The position numbers were made by a program, and so were the translations under genes. The notes beneath the pieces were generated by a model. It saw nothing but the letters and a program-made list of their open reading frames with translations. It ran no database searches and was not told the DNA's origin. A stretch of 64,000 nt of DNA from an uncultured Acidobacteriota bacterium (lineage in GTDB: Bacteria; Acidobacteriota; UBA6911). The stretch's first letter is position 1. Every line of letters begins with the position of its first letter. The stretch is taken from contig CAWHCF010000044.1 in NCBI GenBank assembly GCA_963827655.1, forward strand, positions 128,001-192,000, written 5' to 3'. Positions 1 through 10,786 of the stretch are shown here, in pieces.

Positions 1-627
1 CGTTCCAAGGTCAAGAGCGAGCGAGCCCTCAGCGAACTGGCACAGGAAGGGTTTTCGCCTGTTTTTCTGCGCAACGGCACTATCTATGGCGTATCGCCTC
101 GAATGCGCTTCGACACGGTTTTCAATGACCTCGTGGGATCGGCGGTGACCACAGGTAAGGTCGTGGTATACAGCGACGGCAAGCCCTGGCGGCCGGTGCT
201 GCACGTCGCGGATGTCGCGCGCGCCTTCGAAGCGGTCCTCAAAGCGCCCACCGCGGCGGTCCACAACCAGGCATTTAACGTCGGCGCCAATCATCTAAAT
301 CATCAGATTATTGAGCTGGCCGAGATTGCCGTCGCGACCGTGCCCGGCTGCCGGCTGGAGGTATTGGCTCAGCCCGGCGCCGATCAGCGCACCTATAAAA
401 CCGACTTCGGCAAGTTTGCCAGGGTGATTCCCGGTTTTGAGTTCCAATGGACCGCGCGAACCGGGGCTCAACAGCTCTACGACGCATTCAAGACAGCCGG
501 GCTGGTACGCGACACTTTCGTTGACAAGCGGTTCACACGGCTGAAGTGGTTGCGCCATCTGTTGGACACGGGACAGCTCGACGCCAATCTGCGATGGAAA
601 AACGGCGCACGAGGAGAGCAGCAATGA
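1..627 (+). CDS. NAD-dependent epimerase/dehydratase (extended SDR), 5'-truncated by the window edge
   Basis: Frame is open from base 1 (RSKVKSERAL...LRNGTIYGVSPRMRFD...DGKPWRPVLHVADVARAF), a typical C-terminal half of an NDP-sugar epimerase. The TGA overlaps the next ATG (ATGA). Confidence 0.85.
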   Translation, partial: RSKVKSERALSELAQEGFSPVFLRNGTIYGVSPRMRFDTVFNDLVGSAVTTGKVVVYSDGKPWRPVLHVADVARAFEAVLKAPTAAVHNQAFNVGANHLNHQIIELAEIAVATVPGCRLEVLAQPGADQRTYKTDFGKFARVIPGFEFQWTARTGAQQLYDAFKTAGLVRDTFVDKRFTRLKWLRHLLDTGQLDANLRWKNGARGEQQ

Positions 628-1073
628 TTGATGGAGTGAAGATCGTTCCTTTGCGGCAGATCGTCGACGAACGTGGGAAGATCATGCATATGCTGAAGGC
701 GACCGACCCTCATTTCCTCGGCTTTGGCGAAATCTATTTCTCGTGCGCGTGGCCGGGTACGATCAAGGCCTGGCATATCCATCAGACGATGACGGTAAAT
801 AACGCCGTTCTTTCCGGCCGAGCCAAGCTGGTGATGTATGACCTGCGCAAGAATTCGGCTACGCAGGGCAAACTTCAGGAGGTCTTCCTGGGCGAGGATA
901 ACTACTGCCTGGTCCAGATTCCCCCGGGTATTGCCAACGGATACAAAGCCTATGGAGACAAGATGGTGATCCTGGCCAACTGCGGCACCGAGGCGCACGA
1001 TCCCAAAGAGATGCTGCGGCTCGATCCCTTTACCCCGGAAATACCGTATGATTGGGCGGTCAAACATGGCTAA
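624..1073 (+). CDS. dTDP-4-dehydrorhamnose 3,5-epimerase family (RmlC/RfbC-like cupin)
   Basis: MIDGVKIVPL...DERG...KAWHIH...YDLR...VQIPPGIANGY motifs. GAGGAG RBS and ATGA coupling at 624. Confidence 0.85.
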   Translation: MIDGVKIVPLRQIVDERGKIMHMLKATDPHFLGFGEIYFSCAWPGTIKAWHIHQTMTVNNAVLSGRAKLVMYDLRKNSATQGKLQEVFLGEDNYCLVQIPPGIANGYKAYGDKMVILANCGTEAHDPKEMLRLDPFTPEIPYDWAVKHG

Positions 1074-2083
1074 GAGCCCAAGATTCTCGACTCCCAGACT
1101 GGTGGTTTCCAGCACACCCTTGCGAGTGAGCTTCGCGGGCGGCGGAACCGACCTGGCAGCGTTCTACGAACACGAGCGCGGTGCGGTGTTCAGCACTGCC
1201 ATCAACAAATACATCTACGTGACCGTGAAGCGGCACGGAGAGGTATTCAACGAGCGCATTCGTCTGAACTACTCCAGGAGCGAGCAGGTTCAGGGTGTCG
1301 ACGAGATCGAGAACAACATTGCGCGCGAGTGCCTGAGGTTCCTTCAAGTCGAACCGCCCCTCTACATCAGCACGGTCGGGGATCTGCCGGCCTCGACAGG
1401 ATTGGGCGGGTCCAGCAGTTTTGCGGTCGGCTTGCTGAACGCGCTGCATGCCTTTCGCGGCGAACGTGTGTCCGCCGGACAGCTTGCCGAGGAAGCCTCC
1501 TACATCGAGATTGACGTACTCAAGGAGCCTATCGGCAAACAAGATCAGTATGCGGCGGCCTTCGGCGGCTTGAACCTGTTCTGTTTCAAACCCGAACGGC
1601 GCCGTGACCGTCGAGCCGCACCGGCTGAACAATGGCGCGCTGGCCGCCCTGTTTGAGCAGATGATGATGTTCTGGACCGGGCACCAGAGGGATTCGAGCT
1701 CGGTCCTGGCGGAACAGAGAGCGAATACCGCTCAAAAGATGGACTCGCTGAGAATGCTGCGCGATCACGCCTACCACCTGCAGGGAATTCTGAGCAACGG
1801 CCATAGCAATTTGCAGGCGCTAGGGCAGATTCTCGACCAGGGTTGGGAGCTGAAACGCGGTCTGGCAAGTACGATTACAACTAACCAAATTGATAACTGG
1901 TACCGTCTGGCGCGTGAGGCGGGCGCCCTCGGAGGAAAGCTTTGCGGCGCGGGCGGCGGAGGCTTCCTGCTCTTCGTCGTGCCTGAGGAGGCTCAGGACA
2001 CCGTACGCAAGGCGTTGACTACCCTGAAGGAAGTGCCTGTGGGTCCTGCGGCGCACGGGTCTCAAATTCTGTTCGTGGAATAA
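1066..2083 (+). CDS. GHMP-family sugar kinase (HddA / heptose-7-phosphate kinase-like); one frameshift near 1595
   Basis: PLRVSFAGGGTD, PASTGLGGSSS and GKQDQYAAAFGG in ORF 1048-1656. GGKLCGAGGGG in ORF 1604-2083. Confidence 0.85.
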
Positions 2084-2088
2084 TACAA

Positions 2089-3369
2089 ATGGGAGATAAC
2101 GGTAAATTGAACTCGACAAAGAATGAATCCGTGCGTTGTATCGTGTGCGGTTTGCAGACGGTGGAGCGGTTCCTGCACCTCGGCGATACGGCGCTCGCCA
2201 ACAAGTTTCTGACCAGGGACGAACTGACCATCCCGGAGCCGACCTTTCCGCTGACGGTTGGCTTCTGCCATACCTGCGGCCATGTGCAGCTAACCGAAAG
2301 AGTGCCTCCGGTCGCCATGTTTCAGGACTATCTCTACGTATCCTCAGCTTCCGATACACTCAAGGATCATTTGTATGATTTGAGTGACACGCTCGTACAA
2401 CGATATTCCCTCGGCGCTGATGATCTGGTCATCGATATCGGATGCAATGACGGCACTCTCTTGAGCGGGTTTGCGCGTCATGGCGTGAAGACCCTGGGTG
2501 TGGATCCTGCCGAGAACCTGGCCGCCCTGGCGGGTAGTCGGGGAACCGAACGCTATGTCGGGTTCTTTACCTCAGCCTCGTCCGAGGAAATAATCCGGAG
2601 GTGGGGTCAGGCCTCGCTTATTACCGCGACCAATACTTTCCCCCACATCCCGGAGTTGCGTGATTTTGTCGCCGGAATCAAGAAGGTGCTCGAACCAGGG
2701 GGCGTGTTTGTCATCGAAGCACATTACCTGGTCGACATGCTGGAACAAGCCGCCTTTGATACCATCTATCACGAGCACGTTTCTTACTGGGCGTTAGGTC
2801 CGATGGTCCACCTCTTCGCTCAAGAAGGCATGGAAATCGTCAATGTCGAACGCCTGCCCCTCCATCATGGCCAGTTGCGGGTTGCGGTCCAGCGCAAAGG
2901 AGAGGGACGCGTGCAGCGAAGCGTCGTCGAATTGCTCGCATTGGAGCGGGAGCTAGGGATCGATCGGTTTGAAACCTACCAGCGCTTTGCCGAGCAAACC
3001 CAACAGCTCAAGCGCGATTTGCACTATACCCTGAGGGAACTGCGACGCCAGGGAAAACGAGTCGCCGGTTACGGAGCGCCGGCGAAGGGCAACACACTGC
3101 TGAGCTTTCTGGAGCTCGGTCCCGATACGGTCAACTACATCGCTGATCGCAGTCTGCTGAAACAAGGGCGCTATACGCCCGGTTCACACATTCCGGTCGT
3201 GCCTCCCGATCGACTGTTAGCCGACCAGCCTGATTACGTCTTGCTGCTCGCCTGGAACTTTACCGACGAAGTGCTGGGGCAGCAGGCGGAGTACCGAAAA
3301 CGGGGCGGCAAGTTCATCGTCCCGGTTCCGAACGTCAAGATAATAGAGCCTGCGCCATCCAGGAATTGA
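2089..3369 (+). CDS. NDP-hexose C-methyltransferase (Zn-binding N-terminus, class I SAM domain, C-methyltransferase C-terminal domain)
   Basis: CIVCG and CHTCGHVQL Zn ligands, DIGCNDG, IYHEHVSY, YGAPAKGNT and PDYVLLLAWNF, as in TcaB9/NovU-type C-methyltransferases. Confidence 0.9.
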   Translation: MGDNGKLNSTKNESVRCIVCGLQTVERFLHLGDTALANKFLTRDELTIPEPTFPLTVGFCHTCGHVQLTERVPPVAMFQDYLYVSSASDTLKDHLYDLSDTLVQRYSLGADDLVIDIGCNDGTLLSGFARHGVKTLGVDPAENLAALAGSRGTERYVGFFTSASSEEIIRRWGQASLITATNTFPHIPELRDFVAGIKKVLEPGGVFVIEAHYLVDMLEQAAFDTIYHEHVSYWALGPMVHLFAQEGMEIVNVERLPLHHGQLRVAVQRKGEGRVQRSVVELLALERELGIDRFETYQRFAEQTQQLKRDLHYTLRELRRQGKRVAGYGAPAKGNTLLSFLELGPDTVNYIADRSLLKQGRYTPGSHIPVVPPDRLLADQPDYVLLLAWNFTDEVLGQQAEYRKRGGKFIVPVPNVKIIEPAPSRN

Positions 3370-3398
3370 ACCTCGCAGTCCCATGAAGGTAGTGGGGC

Positions 3399-4280
3399 AT
3401 GGACCGAAAAAATCCGGCAAGTTGGGCTGTGGCCGCCGTCGCCTGGCGTCTTCATCACGTCAGGCGACTGACTAAATCGTACTTGCTGAAAAGGTGCAAG
3501 TCATACTTCGAGCGCCAGGGCTACGGGACTTACCTGGTGGCCAAGAAAGATTGCCTGGCTGCTTTGACCGTGAAAGAAGCGCAATACTACACTCAGTGGT
3601 GCGCCCCCTGCCCCCTCTTTACCCCATGGGCAGGGCATCCGGACTTTCAGAAGGTATATGAAGGTATCGAGCCTCACACGCTGGTTTCTCCCGAGCGATG
3701 CTACATGCTGGTGAGTCTGGCCCGTCACAGTCTGCATCTCGCCGGGGATTTTGCCGAATGCGGAGTTTATAGAGGCGGGACGGCGCTCTTGCTTTCTCGT
3801 GTTCTTGACGACGATCGGTTCGTAACCAGTCAGGCTAAGACCTTGTATCTGTTCGATAGTTTCGAGGGGTTACCCCGTAAAAACGGAAGTCACGATAATG
3901 TATACGGCGAAGGAACCTTCGCGATCGACTCGGTAGAATCGGTGAAGAGTCTCTTGAGCAGTTTCCGAAATTTTACCGACTTTCGCAAGGGTTGGATTCC
4001 CGATACTTTCCAGGGACTTGATGACAGGCGTTACGCCTTTGCCCACATCGATGTGGACCTCTATCAGTCTGCTCTGGATTGCTGCCGGTATTTTTATCCG
4101 CGCCTGGTCCCCGGTGGAGTGCTGGTCTTCGACGACTATGGATTCCCGGCGGCCCGTGGCGAAAAAGATGCTGTCGACGAGTTTTTTGCCGACAAGCCGG
4201 AATCTCCCATAACGCTCCTGACCGGACAATCCCTCGTCATAAAACTACCCGGATCAGCGGAACTAATCGCCGGAAAATGA
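3399..4280 (+). CDS. TylF/MycF/NovP-family sugar O-methyltransferase
   Basis: GDFAECGVYRGG, FDSFEGLP, HIDVDLY and FDDY motifs. Start codon uncertain. Confidence 0.88.
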   Translation: MDRKNPASWAVAAVAWRLHHVRRLTKSYLLKRCKSYFERQGYGTYLVAKKDCLAALTVKEAQYYTQWCAPCPLFTPWAGHPDFQKVYEGIEPHTLVSPERCYMLVSLARHSLHLAGDFAECGVYRGGTALLLSRVLDDDRFVTSQAKTLYLFDSFEGLPRKNGSHDNVYGEGTFAIDSVESVKSLLSSFRNFTDFRKGWIPDTFQGLDDRRYAFAHIDVDLYQSALDCCRYFYPRLVPGGVLVFDDYGFPAARGEKDAVDEFFADKPESPITLLTGQSLVIKLPGSAELIAGK

Positions 4281-5616
4281 ATTCAGCCGATTTAACCACC
4301 GGTCTCAATTTGGTTGACGCCGGGACAGAGATGTACGCCCTGGTTTCGGAGTTATATCCCATTTGCCGAAGCATCACGGGCGGCGGAGTGCGAGAGACCC
4401 TTCGTATCCTTCAAAGCCGGATTCCGCTCACAATCCATGAGATCCCCAGCGGCACACCCGTATTCGACTGGAATATTCCCAGAGAGTGGAACATCAGAGA
4501 TGCCTGCGTAAAGAATGCGCAAGGGGAGCGAGTCATAGATTTCAGGAAATCCAACCTGCACGTGGTCAGCTACAGCGTGCCGGTCAGAACCAGGATTCCG
4601 CTTGACGAGTTGAAAGAGCATCTGTTTACGCTCCCCGATCACCCGGACTGGATTCCGTATCGAACTTCATACTATGCGGAAAACTGGGGATTCTGCCTGA
4701 GCCACAATGAATTGATGCGGTTGAAGGATGGCGAATACGAGGTACTGGATCGATGCGTCTCTGGAAAAAGGTCACCTTACCTACGGCGAATACTATCTCG
4801 CAGGAGAGAGCGCCGAAGAGGTCCTGATATCCTGTCATGTCTGCCATCCGTCGCTGTGCAACGATAACCTTTCCGGCATTGCCCTGGCGGTGTCTCTGGC
4901 GCAGCGACTGGGGCAGGTCAAGCGCAGATATTCCTATCGATTTCTTTTTACCCCCGGAACCATCGGTTCCATAACCTGGCTCTCCTTGAACGAAGCGCAG
5001 CTTTCCCGAATCAAACACGGGCTGGTTTTAGCTTGTGTCGGGCGACTCGGGCAAGTTTACCTACAAAAAAACTCGCCGCGGCAATGCAGAGATTGACCGG
5101 GCCGTCGCCTATGTCTTCCAGCATGCGGGCAACGACTACGAGATCCTGAATTTTTCCCCCTACGGCTATGACGAGCGCCAGTTCTGCTCGCCGGCGTTCA
5201 ATCTTCCGGTTGGATGTTTTATGCGAACGCCGCACGGCCGCTTCCCGGAGTATCACACGTCCGCCGACAATCTTGATCTGGTGCGCCCTCAAAACCTTTC
5301 GGACTCGTTCGCCCGGTGTTTATCGGTTCTGCAGATCCTGGAGGAGAACAAGGCTTACCTGAACCAGAATCCAAAGTGCGAGCCGCAACTGGGCAAGCGA
5401 GGGCTCTATCGAACCATGGGAGGGGAAACCGATGGAAAAAGTCGTGAACTGGCAATGTTGTGGCTTTTGAATCTATCGGACGGCAGCCATACTTTGTTGG
5501 ACATCGCGGAGGAATCCGGGCTGGAGTTCGGTCTTATCAGTAGCGCCCGAGACGCGCTGGTGCAACACGGCCTGTTGAAGGAGCGTCCCGAAGAAGCGCA
5601 GCCGACCTGCAGGTAG
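4277..5616 (+). CDS. DUF4910/DUF2172 aminopeptidase-like (M28-fold) glycan-modification protein with C-terminal winged helix; frameshifts near 4745 and 5040
   Basis: LYPICRSITGGGVRETL, VFDWNIPREWNIRDA, PYRTSYY, HVCHPSLCNDNLSG, GYDERQFCSP, EYHTSADNL and KCEPQLGKRGLY occur across three overlapping ORFs. ATGA overlap with the upstream gene. Confidence 0.85.
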
Positions 5617-5644
5617 CCAACGACAACCGGTCACACTTTCAATC

Positions 5645-6367
5645 ATGGCAGACTTCACCAATCAGATAGCGGTTGTAACGGGCGCCAGCAGCGGCGTCGG
5701 CAGGGCCATTGCCCTTGCCCTCGCCGAGCAGGGGGCTACCGTCTGCCTTGTGGGGCGCAAGCTGGAAGCGCTTCAATCGGTTTCAGGCAGCGCCGGTTCC
5801 TCTCGCTTTTTCAGTTATCAGGCCGATCTCACGAACGACGAGGAAATCCATGAACTGGCGGCGCGCCTGCAGCGAGACGTCGGCTTTATCGACCTGCTGG
5901 TTCACAGCGCGGGCGTTATCGCGTTGGGACCGATCGAAGAGGCTCCGGTCGAAGACTTCGATCGCCAGTACCGCACTAATGTGCGCGGCCCTTACGTCCT
6001 TACCCAGGCACTGCTGCCTATGTTCCGCGGATCTCGAGGCGAGGTTGTATTTGTCAATTCCAGTATCGGTCTGAGCGCCAGAGCCGGCACGGGACAGTAC
6101 GCGGCAACCAAGCTCGCGCTCAAGGCCATCGCGGACAGCCTGCGCGCGGAAGTAAACGCGGATGGGCGGCGGGTACTCAGCGTATTTCTTGGACGAACCG
6201 CGACTCCGATGCAGCAGACTATTCACGATCGGGAAGGCCGGGACTATCATCCGGAGCTGCTGCTTCAGCCGGAAGACGTGGCCGCCGTGGTGTTGAACGC
6301 CGTCAGCTTGCCGCGGACCGCCGAAGTTACCGACATTAATATCAGGCCGATGATCAAGACGGCCTAG
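5645..6367 (+). CDS. Short-chain dehydrogenase/reductase
   Basis: TGASSGVG nucleotide-binding motif and YAATK catalytic YxxxK. Confidence 0.9.
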   Translation: MADFTNQIAVVTGASSGVGRAIALALAEQGATVCLVGRKLEALQSVSGSAGSSRFFSYQADLTNDEEIHELAARLQRDVGFIDLLVHSAGVIALGPIEEAPVEDFDRQYRTNVRGPYVLTQALLPMFRGSRGEVVFVNSSIGLSARAGTGQYAATKLALKAIADSLRAEVNADGRRVLSVFLGRTATPMQQTIHDREGRDYHPELLLQPEDVAAVVLNAVSLPRTAEVTDINIRPMIKTA

Positions 6368-6435
6368 GGAAGCGCCCTCCATACTGTGAGACATTAGCCG
6401 AAGGCGGCAACCTGTCGCGCATTTGAGAGGAAATC

Positions 6436-7895
6436 ATGGATACTTCATTCTTGAAGTTGCTGCGCTGCCCTTTTTGTGCGGGGACTCTGAGCGCAAGCGG
6501 GCCTGAACCGGTTTCACCCGAACCGGAATACGGTGTGCTGAGCTGCTATTGCGGCCGGTACCCCATCGTGGCCGGCATTCCCGTTCTCAAAAAGGGAAAC
6601 ATCGGCAGCGCCGGACAAAGCAGCGAAGAGGTCATCGCCTTGATTGAGAATGGCCGGCGAGTCCGAGGCGCTGTTTTCTCTTTTGACACCGCCCGGCTTG
6701 CCGCCGTCGCCGTCCTGGATCCGTTCCTTGCCTTCGGTCACGGGAATCAATCGGGTCAAGAGCCTCGCGTCGGAGCGGTCGGCGCGCCAGTGGCAAGAGC
6801 AGGCGGCCCCGCTCCTGGCAGATGAAGAAGCGACGGCCTGTAACCTCCTGGATCTCTATTTCAGCAGGAATAAGAACAAGCTTGTCCGCGACTATTTCGC
6901 CTTCCGTTTCGGCAACGGGCGCTATCTGGTGGGCCTGTCTTTTGCTGCCAGCCTGGCAACCAGCCCGATCGAGCCCTGTTGGATTTGGCTTGCGGATGCG
7001 GCCACCTGACCAGCGGCCTGGTGCAGCAAGCGGAAGGCCGGCCCGGTGGTGGGAATGGACGATTCCTTTTTCGGACTCTATGTGGCCAAGCGTTGGACTG
7101 CGCCTCAGGCAGAATATGTCTGTTGCGCGGCCGATGGGTCCCTCCCTTTCCCGGATGGCGCCTTTTCGGCCGCATTCTGCTCCGATGCCTTTCACTATTT
7201 CTCTGCCAAGGCAACGAGCGCTCGGGAACTGAAACGCCTGACGCGGGACCACGGGATCATCGTCTTGTTCTGGGTGCGCAACGGGCTCTTGGAACATCCC
7301 TACGCCGGCTTGCCGCTGCCGCCGGCGGGTTATCAGGCTTTGGTCGCCGACATGCCCCACCGCCTGGTCGCGGACTCTGAAGTCCTGGCCGGTACCTGCG
7401 AAAGCAAGGCCCGCCGCTGGCTCGCTCCGCCGAGATCGAGAGTCTGGCCCAGTGAGCCCGTGCTCTCGATCGTGGCGTCGCATCGGCAAGAAGCACTCGT
7501 CGATTATGGTACCTTCGAGGATTGGCCGCACGCTCGAGGGCGCCTGGACTTGAACCCTCTGTATGTGAAAGAACCCAGGAACGGCGACGGAAGTGTGTCT
7601 TTGCGCCGTCGCTTTCCTTCCCCGCTCTACGAACAGCTGAACGAGGAGTGCAAGTCGTACCTGCCGGCATCCGTGGATGTGAACGAAACGATATGGACCG
7701 ATCTCGCGAACGGGAAAGCAAACTCAAGAGATCGAAACGTTGGTAGAGCAGTGCGTCTTGCTGGCTATCCCTGAGCGCTATGGGAATCCCAATGCCTCTC
7801 GTCTTCAAAGCATGGCGAGTGTCATCGGTTATCCTATGCTGTATTCGCTTGGTATCGAACTGTGTGAGAGCTTTGTTTGGGACGTACCCATATAA
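6436..7895 (+). CDS. Trm112-like Zn-knuckle fused to a class I SAM methyltransferase; several frameshifts
   Basis: LRCPFC...LSCYCGRYPIVAGIPVL (Trm112-like), then LDLACGCG and LPFPDGAF...SDAFHYF in successive frames. The last frame reads ...IPERY... to TAA at 7895. GAGG RBS upstream. Confidence 0.7.
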
Positions 7896-7931
7896 GCCAG
7901 CGGACACAAGGTTGTCCGGGAGATTGAGTCA

Positions 7932-8980
7932 ATGACCCTCGAAAAACAATTTCTGTTTATCATAGGCGCCCCGAGAAGCGGAACTACGTGGCTGCAGGCC
8001 ATGGTGGGCGCGCATCCTTCAATCTGTACCACGGACGAGCTTAAAATCTTTGATTTTTTCACCGGTCCGTGGGGAAAGTCCTGGCAACAGCTCCTCAAGT
8101 TGCAAAAAGACGGCCGAGGGGCCCGGCGACATGGTTTGACTGGTGTCTGGTCGGAAGATGAATTCCGTGATTTCTTGAGGGAGTTTCTGGAGCGCGTATA
8201 TGCCCGTGTTCTGCAGAAGAAACCGGAGGCAACCGTCATCCTCGACAAGACTCCTGGATACTCTGACTACGTGGAGCACATCAACTGGCTCATCCCTCAG
8301 GCTAAGTTCATTCACCTGATCCGCGACGGACGGGATGTTGTTGTATCACTCCAGGCGGCGTCCCAGGGCTGGGGAAAAATGTGGGCACCCAAGAAAACCG
8401 AATCGGCCGCGCCCTTGTGGAAGTCAACGCTCCTGGCAGCCCGAAAGGGTCAGCAGTACGGGGATCGGTATCTGGAGGTGCGGTACGAGGATCTCTTGAC
8501 CAACGGCGCCCAGATACTCTCCTCGATATTCGAGTTTGTCGGCGTACCAATGAAGCCTGTGGATGCGGCCGCGATTTTTCAAGAGCATCAGTTCCAGAAG
8601 ATGAAAAAAGAACGGAGCCGGCGTTCAAAACTTTGGATTGCCGGAGGGCTTCTTCCGTAAAGGTCAGGCCGGAGACTGGCAAAATTCGCTGAAACCCAAC
8701 CAGCGTTATTCCATCCATGATACGGCGGGCGATCTGTTGTGCGAACTCGGGATATGCCCGCGATTCATGGTGGGTCGAGCGTTGGCACCAGCGTTTTACG
8801 CTGCCCTTGCTCGCCATGCTCCATAGCCGGAAGCGGATGCGGTTAAAGACCTTGTATGCAATCAAGCGCGCTCTGGGTCCGGTCTGGATCGAACGGATCC
8901 GGACCGCGCGGACGCGGGTGAGACCGCGCCAGATGGGTAGTGAACAGTACAAAGCGGGAGGGCGCGCAGCAACGCCGTAG
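7932..8980 (+). CDS. PAPS-dependent sulfotransferase (Sulfotransfer_3-like); frameshifts near 8620 and 8750
   Basis: FIIGAPRSGTTWL 5'-PSB loop, DKTP, IHLIRDGRDVVVS 3'-PB motif, VRYEDL and FFRKGQAGDW. Confidence 0.88.
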
Positions 8981-8988
8981 AGGACGGA

Positions 8989-9859
8989 TTGACCAAGTTA
9001 AGTATCATCATCCCCTGCTTCAATGCATCCGAGGCTATCGCAGCGCAACTCGAAGCCCTGGCCGGACAAGAATGGTCCGAGTCCTGGGAGGTCATTGTCG
9101 CGGATAACGGTTCAACCGATCAGTCACTCGCAATAGTCGAGCGCTATCGCGAGACTTTTACCGAATCTCCGTGTTGTCGATGCATCCGGCCGACGGGGCG
9201 CCGCTCACGCGCGCAACGAGGGGGCAAAGGTGGCTGAAGGAGAGTCGATCGCTTTCTGCGACGCGGACGATGTGGTGGCTCCGGGGTGGTTGGCCGCCAT
9301 AGGCGAGGCCCTTTCCAGGTACGATTTCGTCGCCAGCCGTTTTGATACTGAGAAGCTGAATGACCCCTGGGTCCAGGCAAGTCAGGCAAACCCGCAACAA
9401 GATGGGGTGCAAAAGGCCTGGTATCCTCCCTATCTGGCGCATTCGGGCGCGAGCGGTCTCGCAGTCAAAAGGGGATTCCATGAAGCTGTCGGCGGCTTCG
9501 ATGAAACCTTGCCCGTATTGGAAGATACCGACTATTGCTTCAGAGTCCAGCTGGCCGGGCCCGAGCTTCATTTCGTACCCGAAGCCACGGTGTACGTCCG
9601 GTACCGTAACGAATTAGGGAACATGTTCCGCCAGGCGCGCCTGTGGGCCGAGTACAACGTCCTGATGTACAAAAAATACCGGCCGTCGGGGATAAGAATG
9701 GCACATCCCTGGAAGCGATATATGAAGGCCTGGAAGATTTTTCTCCTCTGTCACCTCAAGATTCATCGGCGGGGGGGGCGTGCTGAATGGGTGTGGCGTC
9801 TTGGATGGCAACTGGGCCGGTCGCAGGGTAGCTTGAAATACCGGGTCCATCCAATCTGA
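8989..9859 (+). CDS. Glycosyltransferase family 2; frameshift near 9160
   Basis: SIIIPCFN, VADNGSTD, AFCDADD, VGGFDE and EDTD. TTG start after an AGGA-like RBS. Confidence 0.85.
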
Positions 9860-9870
9860 CCGGCCTAGAT

Positions 9871-9906
9871 TCTTAGTGTTTCTTCGTGCTTTCGTGTCTT
9901 AGTGGT
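9871..9906 (+). repeat. Degenerate tandem 8-bp repeat (CTTCGTGT family)
   Basis: tCTTAGTGTttCTTCGTGCTTTCGTGTCTTAGTGGT. Related copies lie at 15449-15500, 18063-18083 and 19020-19042. Confidence 0.7.
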
Positions 9907-9914
9907 ATTTGTTG

Positions 9915-10725
9915 ATGTCCAAAGTCGAAAGAGAAGCTTCGATTCTCCACACGAACCTCGCCCGGGGGAAACGCGCCCTCAGCTGGTACGGCAGCGCCAT
10001 CCTTCAGCGATTGTTCGGTCCCCCGGGGCAGGCCCTTCTCGGTACGATCACGCATGTGGCGACGCGAGAGAACGTAGCGGCACTGACGTTCGACGATGGG
10101 CCGCATCCTGACTACACCGTCCGGCTTCTGGATATTCTGGAGACGGCATAATGCGCGCGGGACCTTCTTCATGCTGGGCGAGTCGGTCCAGAAGTATCCG
10201 GAAATCGTCCGGCGAGTAGCGCAGGGCGGACACGCCATCGGCAATCATTCGTGGGATCACCCGTCGTTTCCGCTGATCAGCAGCCGGGAACGGCGCCGTC
10301 AGATGCGCGCCTGGGAACGGGCCGCGGCCCCTTACGCCAGCCGAATTTTTCGTCCTCCCTACGGTGAGCAGAGCCTGGCATCACGTCTTGATGCGCTGTG
10401 GCTTCGGTATGAAGTCATTGCCTGGAACGTGGACGTCGGCGACTGGTGGGATCGCGACGCGCAGCGAATGGCCAACCTTCTGGTGAATCGAGTGAAACCG
10501 GGGAGTGTGATTACCATGCACGATGTTCTCCATCAACGCACCGATGCAGAGAAAAGGCCCAAGCTTACGCGCGAACCTTGTAGTGACAGAGAACCCATGC
10601 TGGCAGCTGTAAGTTCGTTCCTCGAACAGACGGCGGGCCAGTATCGTTTTGTAACAGTTCCGGAGCTGCTCCAGTATGGCCGTCCAAAACGGGAAAACTG
10701 GTACAGGACAACGCCGGCAAGTTGA
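9915..10725 (+). CDS. Polysaccharide deacetylase (NodB/CE4); frameshift near 10145
   Basis: ALTFDDGP, TFFMLG, GNHSWDHP, FRPPYG, DW and MHD motifs. Confidence 0.88.
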
Positions 10726-10786
10726 ATACGCAGTGTCAGGCCATGGAACTAGACAATCCGGCCTGGCTTAAAAGGAGACAATACGG

